Assembly: GCA_013265495.1 (NCBI GenBank)
Contig: MU058687.1
Coordinates: forward strand, 5,330,093-5,394,092
Origin: Vicugna vicugna
Lineage: Eukaryota
Length of the DNA stretch: 64,000 nt
Reading direction: 5' to 3'
The position numbers and the translations under genes are program-made. The first letter of the stretch is position 1. Every line of letters starts with the position of its first letter. A model generated the notes under the pieces. It saw only the letters and a list, made by a program, of their open reading frames with translations, was not told where the DNA came from and made no database searches. Shown here piece after piece: positions 37,646-51,262 of this stretch.

Positions 37646-39475
37646 GTAATAGTAAATTTATATTAATATAAAAACAATTATAAATAGTGCAGATGTTAGA
37701 GTAAATGACAATAGGGTAATATTACAAATATACAATTATGTACTCTAATATGTATATTATATACATAATTGTATATTTGTAATATAAAATACAAGAATAT
37801 AATTTTATATATCATGTTGATTTATATAATTAAAATTGCTATGATAAATAGTACACTAAGAATCTTATTTATAATATTAAATAATATTATTTTAACATTA
37901 TTAATTGACATATATGATTTATTAATTCCAGGCACAACGCCTTTTATGTCATTTTTAGTCCCACTGTGATACTTGGCAAATCTGACTCAGGGATTAGCAG
38001 ATAACCATTTATTCACTCATTCATTCATTTATTTATTCACTCATTCAATTAAGAGGCATCAAATTCTCTTCTTTGTGCCCTGTACTTTGCTAAGAACTGA
38101 GTACACAACTCAGAAATAAGACTGAGATGCACCCTGATGCCCTTATATAACCTGCATCTCCATGTGTGAGAACAATATTAGAGTAACATTCCTTCTAACC
38201 ATCTGATTCTTTCCTGCTCTAGGAAGGTGATATGACTTCTGTGATTGGTAAGTCCAGGAGTAGGTCCTCCACATGCCTAATAACTCTTCCATTTCCTTCC
38301 TCCAAGGCACCAACTTTCATCAAAGCCCCCTCCAAAAAGTGCAGGTCTAAATGTGGCATTAAATATTAGGAAGCTGTCTGTTGCCACACATCTAAGCCAT
38401 TTCCTCCAGCCCAGTGTTCAGTAACAAAGCTAAAATTTTGATCTCCAGGATCCCCTTTGAATTCTTTGTCTTATCTTTTAAGTGGTTCCAATCTCAGGTG
38501 GTAGAGAGGGTTGCTCTTCATTGGGCTTCACCGAGATGGAGAAGAGAAAAGGGACCAATTCTAGATAAGGTAAATGACACAAGTGCTGCCCACCAGATTC
38601 TGCTTCCCCTCTCCTTTCGAACTTGAGAGCTGATTGTACTTTTTAATCCTTTACTATTGTATCTGGCTATGTGCTTTTGCATTAGTCACAGAGCAGGGGA
38701 CATGCATCACTTCTATGTGGATGTATTTAAGAGCTGGTGTGCCAGTACAATTCTGCACCTTCTCTGTCCTGTTCTGCCAAGGATGTTGTAGAAGCAGTGG
38801 GAAACGACACCCTATGAGCAGGGAACATCCATCAGTCTAGGTCCCTGAGTGACTACAGAGTGAGCAGAACTGTCCTGCTGAGCTGGTTTGGGCCTGAAGT
38901 CTGAACGAAAAATTGACCTTTGTTGTCTTAAGCCATTGAGATTTAGTGGTTATCAATTATGGTACCAGAGGTCAGAACAAGATCTGTCCTTTTGAGGAAG
39001 TCCAGTGATGTTGAAGCTGATGCTGAGGATAAGAAAGAACAGGCCCCACAGGAGCAAAGAGAACAATTTACCATAAACTGTAATTTAAAACATAAACTGA
39101 AGAAACAGCTGGTACCAAAGACCTGAGGAGGTGAAGAGCCCAGAATACTCAAGGAACTGTCCAAGCTTGAACAAAAGCAGAAGACAGAGGCTCAGGTGTT
39201 ACCCACATCATTCATTCTGTCTCCTGGCTATTGCAAAAAGCAAGGAAGAGAATATCGACTCCAGAAAGTCGATATCTGTGTCCATTATTGAGCTAGAATA
39301 TTACTACTTTTCCTGTTCACTCTCCTGATTTTCCTGTTCACTGAGAAGGCAGAGACAGTCTTTAGAATAAAAGTAGAGAAAGACAACTTAGAGAAACAAT
39401 TTCCTCCATAGAAGACCACCATTCTCTGAGTCCATCATATGCAGGATGTCCTACTGGGTACAGATACAGTCAACA

Positions 39476-39597
39476 GGGGCAGAGTCAAGCTTTGAGGGGT
39501 CTGAAGTAGGCAGTTTTCCAGGAGGGGCCTCTTTAGGGCCTGAAAGTGAAGACTGCAGAAGTTTAAGCTTCATTAGCTTCCCGGTCCACTCACTTTA
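39476..39597 (+). mobile_element. MER53-like hAT MITE fragment
   Basis: ggggcctctttag…taagcttcattagcttc. Confidence 0.55.
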
Positions 39598-40819
39598 ACA
39601 TGTCTTTCTGATTTTAAACTTGTGGTAGCTTCTCAGTGCCTACTACAGCACTCTTAAAGACACTTTTAAAAACTCAAGTTTCTTCTGCAATACGTACAAA
39701 TCTCATGACTCCCCACCCCTTATCACTGCAATGGCAATAAATCCCTCATCCTCTCCCTCACCATCCATTAACCCCACCGACACCAGATCGCTTAGTCAGA
39801 TACAGTTCAGCCTTTTTGGAGAGGCATTAAAGTCTGTTCACAAATAGATCCCAGTCTGCATGGGCAGACTATCACCTTCACACCCACCAGACAACAGAGC
39901 ACGTCCTTTGGCCAAACTACATGGCTGACTGCGTAACTTTAACTCACGCTAAGTAATGTCTTGAGCTCTGAATCTCTAGCTCCCTTTCTTTAAATGGCTG
40001 GCAAAATTATGCTCCTTCTTCAAGATTCACCTCAAATATCTTTCACCATATTATCTCTAAGCTTCCCGGATCTATTTATTTAATTAATCCAAGTTCTTTT
40101 CTGTGTTCCTCAATATTCTATTATAGCACACACTAAACTGTAGTAGTTGTGTCTCTCCACCACTGAAATATAAACTCCTATACGGAAAACTCATTCTTGC
40201 TGGGGATTCAACAAATGTTTGCAGTTAGAAGGCTTTAAGAAAGGGAGGAGGGGAAGGAAAGCCAAAAAGGAGGTTGAAAACAGCTCTGTAGTGGAGAAGT
40301 GTATATTTTTAAAATTACATTCCTATACCAAAATTTGGTTTATGCCTCCTTCTTATAATTTTATTCTTCCTATTTCAAAGGTGATACACGTTAATTGTAG
40401 AATTTTTAATCTAGAGAGTTTAAAGAAAAAAAATCACCTGTGATCCCCTCAGTAGTTTTCATTGATAGTGTATTTTCCTTTGGGCCTTTAGGTTTCTCAT
40501 ATGCAGTGAAAATTCCTTTCTGTGTAAGATGTGCATTCATTTAAAAAAAATTGCAGAAACATCCTACATCTTCATATGATTTGACTTTATAAATTGTGAC
40601 TGTCCTTGTTGGTAGGAGAGTACATTAAAAAGATGAATATGCTATTTTCCCTCCAAAATTCCATGAATTTAGCTAGCTTAAATAGAAAATTAACTTATGA
40701 TGTATTTTACCATTTTTAGTCCTTGTTTTAAAAATAACTATAAAATGTTAGCCTTATGTTTTATAGTCGAATGGAAGACAAACCTCAGCAAAATCCTTTT
40801 TAAAAGGAAAGGCAATTTT

Positions 40820-43250
40820 TTTTTTTATTTTTTAAAGTTAATTTCAAAAGTAATATATGTTAATATTAAAATTCAAACAGAAAGATATAAAATGGATTCC
40901 ATTATTCAAGCTATAAGTAATATAAATTGCCTCTTGAGCATCCTTCTAGAATTTTCTATACATTTAGAAGCTTTTTTATTAATTAAGCACTTCTATGTTC
41001 TTATAAGTTACCTGCAACTTGTTCTTTTCAGATAACAGGGTATTTTATTTTAACTATATCTACATATTAGTGTGTATAGATAGGTAGATAGATTGATTGA
41101 TTGATAGATGATAGATGTCTTCTTTTTAATCCCTGTAGAGTATTCCGTGGTATGCCTGGGCTGAAATATATTTAACCTGACATGTAGGTTGTTTCCAAGA
41201 TTTTTATATTTTAATAATATGGATTATTTGATTGTTTTTATTGTAGTTTGTTTTAAATCTAAGTTAAAAGTCCTTTTTTCTTTTAAAAAATAATTTTATT
41301 CTATTATAGACAACATATAACAAGTAATTGGGTCTTAAAACTATTTATATGCCATATGTATTTTTAAAATTTCTTGGTTATCTACTTTGCTTTTGATTTT
41401 ATTCTTTCCTATGATAATTTTCTTAGTGATTATATTTACAATTTAATATTAAGTACTAAAGTTCTGTGTCTTGATTTTTTCAATGTTAGGCAGTATTTAT
41501 GCTACATAATATTTCCAGCTATGGAATATAAGGAGATTTCACCACCTATATTTTCTTCCACCTCTCCTTTCCTACCTTGTCAGATATTTATGTACCATAT
41601 TTCAATTTTACATTGTCAAGGTTTTATTTTTTTTTTTTTACATTCAGTTTGTTATTGTAATCCCACTGTTGTTCAAGCTAAGGCCCATATTTAAACTGAA
41701 TCTGTGTTTATTGACAATTCTTAAAAGACATAGCTTCCCTTTTTCTTTAGTTGATGTATCTCTTCAGAGTCTGAATTTTAGCAAGGAAGTTTCTCTTTTT
41801 TTGGTTGTTTTTTGTTTTTTGTTTTTTGTAATCCAGGGAGGATTCATGAGTCCCTGCATGCTTGAGAATACCATTCACGGCATTTATACAAAACCAATCT
41901 CTTTACTAGGCACAGAATTATTGCATCATACATATATTTGTTGTCTCAGAACTCTGTTAAGGCAATGAGAAAGCTCTGAGACTAGATCACATTTTAAGTC
42001 AAACTGCCCTTTCTCTTTCTGTGTCTGCGGGGTTGATCTCTTACCCCCTCACCCTGGAAATCCTTGTCTTCCTTTATTTGTGGAGATTTTTGTTTCGTGT
42101 TTGACTATATTTCCATTTCTGTATGTTCTATACCTCAGATAAACTAATTACATGATTCTTTGATCTCCTTTAGCTTCCATATCTATCAGTTCTTTAATTA
42201 TATTTTCTTTTGTGAAATTCCAAAGCCTAAACATCATGTCACTGACATGATATTTTTGAGTTTTGAAGTATTAGTACCATCAATTTTATTTTTTGCTGCT
42301 GCCTTTAATGTAGCTTCTATTTATGTAACTGTTATTTTTTTCTTCTTTTTTGAGCTTTGTCAGTGCCCCTTCTATCTCCTAATACTGTCTTATCTCTTTT
42401 TATTATTTTTATATCATTAATTTTTTTCCCAAATATCTCTGTGTCTCTCCAATTCTTTGAGGGTATAAAGAGTATTTGGCTAAAGTTTCCTTCTACTTCC
42501 TAGGAAGTTTATGATGTCCTAAAATGTACTTTCATCTGCCCTTTAATATCAATTCTATATCTTTCATCTTTTTGTTTTGTAGCGTTTATGCTGAGGTCCT
42601 ATTTTGGATCCCTTCCACTTATTGCTCATTTTTGAGTATTAGCAGTTCTAACCTGGCCTACTTTCTCCTAAAAGAATAGTGTGGGAATGGGGAGGTGTTT
42701 GACCTGAGCCAACTGGTTTGTCATTTCTGCACTTTTTTTTTTTTTAACCAGATTTGCTGTGTCTTCTGCTCTGGGGAACCAGATCTTTATGCAGCAGATC
42801 TCTCAGGTAAGTCTATGTGACTTACACTTATCACAAAGGCCTTCTATTTGATGATTTAGTGTTTATCTTTGGTCAGCAGTACATGTCCGACACTCATGTT
42901 CTTCACTTTTCCCATGACCCTTCACACCCGTACTCCTTATTGTTCCAAGTAACAAAATCATTAGACGGACACATCAGGACCCTTACTTACTTTGAGAGAA
43001 ATCTACATTCTGCTTAAGGCTCAGAGAGGTGTATACTGGCTTTCAGTATCCTCCTTCTGTTTGTTCAAGTCCTACTATATTTGATGGGTGATTACGATTC
43101 ATAGACTGTAATTGGGAATTTCAGTCATTTCCAAGCTTTAATACAAATAAGACTTTACATTTCCAATTTTAAGCTTTTGTGTTCATTAGGTTTCTGGCAT
43201 GGGAAGTGGTAGGAATTAGAATAAATGTCTTTACTCCCCCACATTTTTTG
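40820..43250 (-). mobile_element. Old L1ME/HAL1-type LINE remnant
   Basis: Long T-rich tract with antisense L1/HAL1 character; subfamily uncertain. Confidence 0.5.
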
Positions 43251-43579
43251 CAGGAAATCCTCTTTCCTTTTTAAACTGTGTGACAGCAGTCTGTTCTAGG
43301 GAATTAATTCTCACATATGTCAATCACAAAGCTATTACTGAATTTAATTCAGAAAATGAGAATAGTACAAGTTACACTGATACTTACCATCTACATTATA
43401 TATCTATATTCTGGGTTGTTAGGATGTTCTAAATATTTTCAGCAGTTAAAAAAAATTAACTTTTTTCAGCATAAAAGTAATAGTGTCAATTGCTGACATT
43501 TTAGAAAGATGCATATATTATAAAAAACAGAATTTAAACCATGTATAATTTCACTACCCTATAACTAGTAAATTTCATT

Positions 43580-43725
43580 CATTATAAGATGGACATTCTC
43601 TCACATTTTAACTTTTCTGAAATGGGGGTTGGTGGCATGTTCTAATTTAATTAGTGGTTTATTTTATTCCTTATTGGTGTATGAAATAATGCTGGATCAT
43701 ATTGCTGATGCCATCTTATATGTAC
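43580..43725. mobile_element. Tigger-type MITE (MamRep434-like) fragment
   Basis: ttattggtgtatgaaataatg…gatgccatctta. Confidence 0.4.
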
Positions 43726-43924
43726 TGTTTTAAATCAAAGTTCGGATCATATTTATGTAATTTTGTGGCCATCTTTGAATGAAATGCAACAATTTGAGCC
43801 TTTATAGGATAAAATAAAGCAATACTGTGATCCTCTAAAAATGTTACACAATTTTATAACTGGGTGATCTAAACACCTACATAATTTAAAATAAAGAGAA
43901 GAATGGTATCTGTTTCAAAATCCA

Positions 43925-44090
43925 AAGGTCACTTAACTTCTCTAAGTCTCAGTTTTACTTATCAATAAAATGAACTTACTAATAATATCTACCACCTAGA
44001 GAAGCCAGGATGATTCAGTGAAGTGCTTACTTCAATGGGGCACATGTTAAATACTCAATAAAGGTGAATCACCAGCATTATTATTACTAC
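43925..44090 (+). mobile_element. MIR SINE
   Basis: gtcacttaacttctctaagtctcagtttt core. Confidence 0.7.
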
Positions 44091-44269
44091 TATCATCCCT
44101 CAGGGATGCATCTACTTCAGAGACAGATGGCTGAGTCCGTTCTATTAAATTGACTTGCTTACCTCATGCCAGATACTAGCTAGACACTGTGAATACTGTG
44201 TATTCACACTGTGAATACAAAGAAACCACAACTCAATTTTCTCTGAGTATTCACTGCTCTCCACCAACC

Positions 44270-44800
44270 ACAGGCCAGATCACTTTCATGCACGCTGCAC
44301 TCACATACAACACTTGCCATTCTCCTCTCACACCTTTGTGCCCTATTTCTGCAACTCTCTTGTAGTTCCTTCTTCATCTGTAATGCTCTTCCCCTCACCT
44401 GTCTCCAGAAGCCAAATCTCTCCTAACTCAAAGAATATTTAGAATTTAAAGAGAGAAATTTAGAATTTAAATTTATCATTTGATTTCTGTTCAAACAAAA
44501 AAGAGGAACAAGAACTAGAAAGCAAACGAGCTCACCCAGGATGTTGGGCAATGGCATTCTCATGCAACCCCCCTTGCATCCTTCCCGAATCCAGCTACTC
44601 TGACGTCACTGCTCCTTCTTCCATACTCCCCAGAGCATTATTTGTAATATTTCTTATCACATTCTGCATCATAGTATTTGTGTGCGTGTCCTATTTGGCC
44701 TGGATTGTGAGGCCCTTATGGGCAGAAATGTTATTTGACTTTGTCCCCATAGCACCTGGCACACAGCACATGCTTAATACGTGGTTTTTGAATTGAATTA
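44270..44800 (+). mobile_element. L2 3' fragment
   Basis: …ccccatagcacctggcacacagcacatgcttaata…gaattgaat. Confidence 0.65.
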
Positions 44801-44959
44801 CTTCAGTCACCTGACTCTTAAGACCATTATCAAGGTTGCATATCACTTGAAGTAAGTCACTCCATCCACTTATTTGAAAATAAAAACAATCAATATTTGA
44901 CATTTATATGCATATATATATACATATATATAAAAATATATGCTTTGCAAGGCTTTCAA

Positions 44960-45535
44960 CAAAACAGCCATCTCTGTGCTCTTTTTCACGTTTCACTCTC
45001 AGAGGCAAATATCTGCAACTCCCTTAGCTGTTCTTTTCCACTATTTCCTTCTTCATGTTTACACAGCACGTGTACAGTACTCTTTCTTAACTTTTCCCAG
45101 GTAATTGAGTGGAAGATGAGCATTGATCTGTTTACGTGTCTTCCCTTCCCCCAGACATATTTTGCCTCTCTCCAAACTCCGAATATAGTTCAACTTAATT
45201 TCCCCTCAGGTCTTCTATCCTCTTTTTCCAATCTACACTGTCATTCTTGAAGTCTATTTCACAGCTGTCATCCTAGGATCTCCCTTGATCATCATGTTGA
45301 CTGTTTCTTTTAGTCTTCTCCTGTGTTGGTTTCCATGCTTTCTGGATCTCAGATATTTGTGGGTTTTTTGCTTATCCCTTATTTTGGTGCATCATATCTT
45401 CAGCAGTTTTTCAAGAAACTCTTTATCAGAAACAATATTTACTTTTTGGGGGGAAGGAGATTGGAAGTTTGACTTAGAACAGAATTCCAGGTTACGTATG
45501 AATATCCCTCAGAAATTTGAAGGCATCATCTGCCT
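44960..45535 (-). mobile_element. HAL1-like remnant
   Basis: …agaattccaggtt…ccctcagaaatttgaaggcat. Confidence 0.5.
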
Positions 45536-46789
45536 TAAGAGGCTCTGACGACATGCAGATAAATGGTCTCTAAGGTTATGTGAAAGGTGAAATATTGTTT
45601 GTGAGTGGCAAGAGATAGTCAGGTAAGATAATTAGAGACCAACATTAGAGCGAGGTGGGAGGGGACAGGATGAACTGAAAGCCAGGCAGCTTTTCCAAAC
45701 CATCAGTGATTCAAACATGAAAGAACATGATAGGAAAGCCTGCTGAGAGCAAAAGGATTGGAAGTAGAGATGGCTATATGGAGCCAGAAAAAGAAAATGT
45801 CCTGGGACAAAAAAAAAAACAAACCAACTACACTATTTCCAGTCACTTTCAATTGCTGGCTGAGACACACCCTTCAGGGGCTGACCAAAATCTTGACATG
45901 TGGACCCTCTCCCACCCCAATTTCATTTTCTTAGATGACATTAGCTCAGCTCTCATAAATTCATATATGACCCCAAAACAAAATGCAGGCACATCAGGCA
46001 GCAAAGCTATTTACGCTTTCTTACAATTGAGGATCTTTTCACTCCAGCAACTAAGGCCAAGAACAAAACGGCTCGAGTGCTCTTTCAAATCATCCTGCTG
46101 AAGAGGGCCCTTTAGTTCTGTATCATTAGGCAGCTGCTGTCTCTGAAATGGGAAGGTTAGGGCTGTTGGCCAGGCCTGCAGCAACTCCACTGGCTATTGA
46201 GAAGCCTGAACAGTAACCAGATGCAGAATTCTATGAAGATACGAAATTCCATCTGAATCAATACCAGTTAATGCACCGTGATACCTGTGTCTTCCATCCT
46301 GCACAGCCCTGTGCTGCTGGAAAGCTTCTCTTCAGTCTTGGTATTAATGCACTGTTCGGTCTTTTGTGGTAGTTGTGAACCTTGAGGATTCCCAAAATGG
46401 TACCTTAATGCGCCTCTCCCACACATGGTGCAACAAAGTTTCCTACTCATAGACACCAGACAATATTAACAGGTTGAGTCTTTCAACGACTACTTCTAAG
46501 CAAAGTATGCTTAAACCTCCTGCCTCTTCCAACGCGATGGGCTACATATCTGCTCTAAGAAAGGAAAGCACTTGTCACGTGCAAATCCCTCACTTAAAGC
46601 ATTTTGCTTAGAAATAATACATATTTGAACTTTAGATATTTATGATGCTAAAAGAGCACTGGAGACAGAAATCTCAATGTAAGGAAAAGTAAGGTAAAGG
46701 AAAATCTGGAGGAGGTTTACACAAGGGATGAGAACACTCTCCTGCCGCCCAACTCCCCCTTTGCTGACAAGTTTATAGGGTTTTCCTAC

Positions 46790-46952
46790 AGGCCTTGATT
46801 TGCAAAGTGTGGTCCACTTGACATGAGCACCAGATCCCAGGGATATTCCAGGAAATTCAGGATTTCAGGCCCCATCTCTCTTCCATCAGAATCTTAATGT
46901 TTAACAAGATCCTTAGGTGATTCATGTAAATATTGAAACTTAAGGAGCACTG
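46790..46952. mobile_element. MER5-family hAT MITE
   Basis: caaagtgtggtcc…tcaggcccca…tttaacaagatcc..aggtgattca…gagcactg. Confidence 0.75.
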
Positions 46953-46999
46953 CCTATAGGCACCTTGCATCCTAAGAGGAGGCATAGATTGTCAACAAG

Positions 47000-48390
47000 T
47001 TTCATTACTGGTGTTGCCTTTGGATAAGGTGGTGTCTGCCAGGTTTCTCTGCTATAAAGTTATTTATGTTCCCTTTGTAAATAATAAGCATTTTATGCTG
47101 AGATACTTTGAAACTACACAAATATCCTATTTCTCTTCATATTTTACCCACTAACTTTAACATCTATTGATGACATTTGACTGTAACAACTATTATAATG
47201 TTACATACCAAATGGTGATTTTTTAAAGTATGTCTTTTAATAAACTATTCTTGAATAGTTTTAAGATACACATACACCCCACACCTAGTTTCCCTCTTAC
47301 CGACAGCTTACAATGTTTATTATAATTAATGAGCCAGTGTTGACCCATTATTATTAACTAAAAGTCCACAGTTAGTTCATATTTCCTTAGTTCTACCTAC
47401 CATCCTTTATTATTCCAGAATCCCATCCAGAATGACACATTACATTTTGTTGTCCTGTCTCCTTAGGCTCCCCTTGGTTTGACGGTTTCTCAGGCATTTA
47501 TTTCCACCATGACTTCTTCATTTATTAATTGGAATTCAACTTAAAGAACTGTCCCTTCTCCACCACCTATTTGATTATTTATGTTTATATGGACTCATGG
47601 GCATTTTATTCTGCATATTTTAAGCTATTGCCGTCATCATTTTTTTATTACACAAATTGTCTCAGTTTGGAATTCTTTCAAGTTGACTCCTTGAGATGAT
47701 CCCATCAGTTTTCGAGTATTTCTTACTTTCTAGCATCATAAAATGTTCCAGCCTCATCATGTGCTTTCCCAAACCTAGCCTTGAATCAGATATTTCTCTG
47801 CGAAGTATGGATTCTTTAGTTGATGAGTTGTATTTAGAGACCAAAATCTAGGGGGTAGGTGCTCTTCTTGGTACCGGGGTATCATTACTTCTAGGCTCTC
47901 ACAGTGGCAGATCTAGAAAATATACAGATGTATTCCAATCCATACATACATATACCTCTGTATCTATTTCCCTGTATATTAAAAATCATGTTTATATTCA
48001 GATGTAACTGAGTTTATAATCAGATATCTGATTCCAATCCAGTAGCTCACGGTTCTCTTTAGCCCTCCTCTTTTTACTTATTTGCAAGTTCTTTCTCTGA
48101 CAAGGAATGGATTTCAAAGTATCATTGTATTCACTTTTTTATTCAGTCCTAGAATCCAAATAAAGAAGTTATAGAATTGCTAATACATATTTCTGTGAAT
48201 AACAAATTTACTAACTAAAGCACAAGAATGGTATATAGTTCTTTTTATAGTCAGCCTTACAGGATTCAGTTGAAATAGTGCTTTCCAAGATCACTTAGCT
48301 CTTTTCTCCCCTACCCTCTTTATTGTGGTTATGTGGTTGATTTGTAATATAGTTTAGTTCACTTGTTATCACTTACAGTCTATCTTGAGT
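47000..48390 (-). mobile_element. L1MC/L1MD-type 3' fragments (nested)
   Basis: taaggtggtgtctgccaggtttctc…; cattattattaactaaaagtccaca…cccatccagaatgacacattacatt. Confidence 0.7.
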
Positions 48391-49384
48391 TCTAGGAGAG
48401 GAGAATGTTTTAACTATTTGAAGATTCTCACTTTCAACAAATTGCTAAAATCAGAGAAGATAATATTCCAGTATATTTGACATTGTTAATTATTTGATAG
48501 GGAGCGAGGGATATTTAAACCTCTTTGACTAATATTAATATTAAAAATTCCCATCTCAATACGATCCAAAGAAGCAAGTATAATCTAATCTAGTCCAGAA
48601 AAGAGAGGCATTCCTAATTTAGGCTTCCTCTAAAATAATGGTATGCCTCCTTCAGCAATTTAATGGAATTTCTAATCTGAATTCATAAGTCCAAATAAAA
48701 CTCTAGGGTAAAGAGAGGAGAAAGTGACAAGTCAATAAGCCATCAGTGAGAAAACATGCTAGGCACTTACTGAAATGAGATTGGAGAGTCAAAAGGAGTG
48801 TTAGAAAGTTCACAAGGCACTTAATATTCTCAACAGCAGCCAAGGAATAAATAAGTGAAAAACTGATAGTTTATAGGAGTAAAACACACATCTTTTGGTC
48901 TGGATATGTAAGTCATTGTAATAGTCTGCATTTTTTAGTGAACTCAAGGGCAAAGTTTCAGGATGCTAAGCCCATCAAAATATTAATAGAGCGTTCTCTC
49001 CCTTTCTCCTCAAAGGAGGTTGAAAATCTTCCTTAATTTGGGGTCTAATAGATAATGAGCCAAGCCTTTGGATCTTATCCAATGTCTCTTTGGATAAGAA
49101 GCACTTTGAGGAGTGCCTCTTCTCTGTGTTCTTTCCTACTTGCTTCTAAATTCCAATATATCTCTTTTCTACAGGTAAAAATTATGGTACATGATCTCTC
49201 TGACTCTCCTTATAAATTGGGAGAAGATGGTTTAATAGCTCTCTAGAAACAAGTGAATACAGATTTGGAAAGACATTCTAATATAAATTCTAGTTGTTTC
49301 TGAAGGAGTCCAAGTGCATAACAGCCCTTCTCACAATTTGGTTGTTCTTTTTTATTTCCTATTATGCGACATACTGCAGTGAAT

Positions 49385-49780
49385 CCAGTGGTTAACACCA
49401 TTTCAAAATCTTAGTGGCTTAACATAAGATTTTTCTCTCTCACTCACACAGTCCTTACCTATTATGTAGCCCCATCAGGTAGCTTTTCTTTGAGCAGTGG
49501 CTCAGGGAGACTCAGGTGCCTTCCATCTCATGAACCCCTTCTCTCTGGTCTTGGGAGACTTCTCTACTCAAGGAACAAATGGGAAAAGCCAATGGAGTAT
49601 TACAGGGGTGGGATTTATAGATCAAGCCTAGAAGTGGTCCACATCACTTCTGCCCACATCTCATGGCAGAACCCAGTCACAGGAGCATGCCCAACTGCAG
49701 GGAGGATGAGAAACGAATGCAGGTGAGTTCCCATAGAAGAGGAGCCATGCTTTGGTGAACAGCCAACCTATTTCTACTGT
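49385..49780 (-). mobile_element. MaLR LTR (MLT1H/I/J-like)
   Basis: agaagtggtccacatcacttctgcccacatctcatggcagaacccagtcaca…tttggtgaacagc. Confidence 0.7.
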
Positions 49781-50232
49781 AGGCAGTAAATTCCCATCCA
49801 ATAGATTCCTATTTTTGCTTAAACTCATTTGATTTGATATTTTTCTCACTTGCAACTAAAGATACAGACTAAGACTGGTCCTTGGTATTGTAACGTAAGT
49901 TTGGACAAGGATAAGTCCTACATTCCCCAGGTGAGCATTCAGGTAATTGCAGTATCGATTTCATTATTTTTATTATAAAAAATAAGAACAAAGACTCAGA
50001 CTATACAGTAAGACATGGAAGAGTGGTAAACATACTTTTAGAAAGGCCATAATGTCCAGCAAAATGTTAAGGAACTGTCATTTTGTTAAGAGTTGGAATT
50101 TTTCTCTAAGCATTGGCATGAAGTTCTATCTTTTGGAGCAACTGATTTATCACTTTCTAGCAAGGTCTAAACTTCGGCATTCAAACATGTTAAAATCCTT
50201 CTGAGTTATTCTCCCTAAATATCCTCACAGAG

Positions 50233-50387
50233 CAGTGGTTCTTAGATGTGGCCATGCATCAGAATAAAATGGATATCCAAGGGAAAACCCCAGAGACTGT
50301 CAATGACTGATACAGATTAGGGCCTGTATATCTGCATTTATTTCATTCCAACTGATCCTGATTCACAGCTAATTTGGAGAACCACTA
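50233..50387. mobile_element. MER5B-like hAT MITE
   Basis: Terminal inverted repeats cagtggttct…agaaccact. Confidence 0.7.
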
Positions 50388-51225
50388 CCATAGGGTATAG
50401 CAATAGATGTGACTCATATTTCCCAGAGTTCCCCAAGGTAAATTCTGAAATTTAAATCATTACAATGTGTTATAAGGACCATATGGAAGTTATCCCAAAA
50501 AACCTATTAAAATAATTTCCATAGGATAGACGGTAGACACTATGAATTTAGAGATGTTCCTGGCTAACCTGGACTGTTCAGGCTTTGTGGGGCAAGGTTA
50601 TTTGACCTAGATGCTGGCAAGTGGTAGAATTTGATATAAAGAGGGCAGGAGAGTCCATCCCAGAGACATGGAAGCAGCAAGAACAAAGTCACGGTTGGGA
50701 AAGCACCAGGCAGAGTCAAAGGATAATAAGCAAGCCCAGCGTGGCTGGAGCAGAAACAATAAAGGAAAAATACAAGGTAGCAGAACTGAATGTTAAACTG
50801 TGCCCTGTGAGCGCTAAGCACTATGGAAATTCCAAAAATAGAGTCATCTGGTTAGGACAGCCAAGAAGTCTTCATGAAGAAAGCAGAACTTGAGCTGGGT
50901 CATGAAGGACAAGCAGGATTAACAGAGAAAAAAGGGAGAAACATTATTTTTATTTTGATATTTCTGAAAACCAGCAACATGACTATCTTTTCAAGTAACT
51001 GTACTAGGGTCTTGTGGATACCATTTAACATTATTATAAATGTTTAGTAGTTGTATATTTATATAAATGTCTAAATATCACATAGGGCTTGAGTCAGCTT
51101 TTAGGAAATTAATGTCATAATATTTTAAAAACTAAAATAAGGAAAAATACAAATAAAAACAGGCATTAAGTAAAGGGAGGGATTGAACACAAATATATAA
51201 ACATGTAAATACATATGTGTATATA

Positions 51226-51226
<1 letters not shown>

Positions 51227-51260
<34 letters not shown>
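51227..51260. repeat. (TG)n(TA)n compound microsatellite
   Basis: Seen directly. Confidence 0.9.

Positions 51261-51262
<2 letters not shown>

Noticed and set aside
44601..44608. Perfect CRE TGACGTCA
   Set aside because: Isolated 8-mer inside an L2 remnant; expected by chance at this scale.
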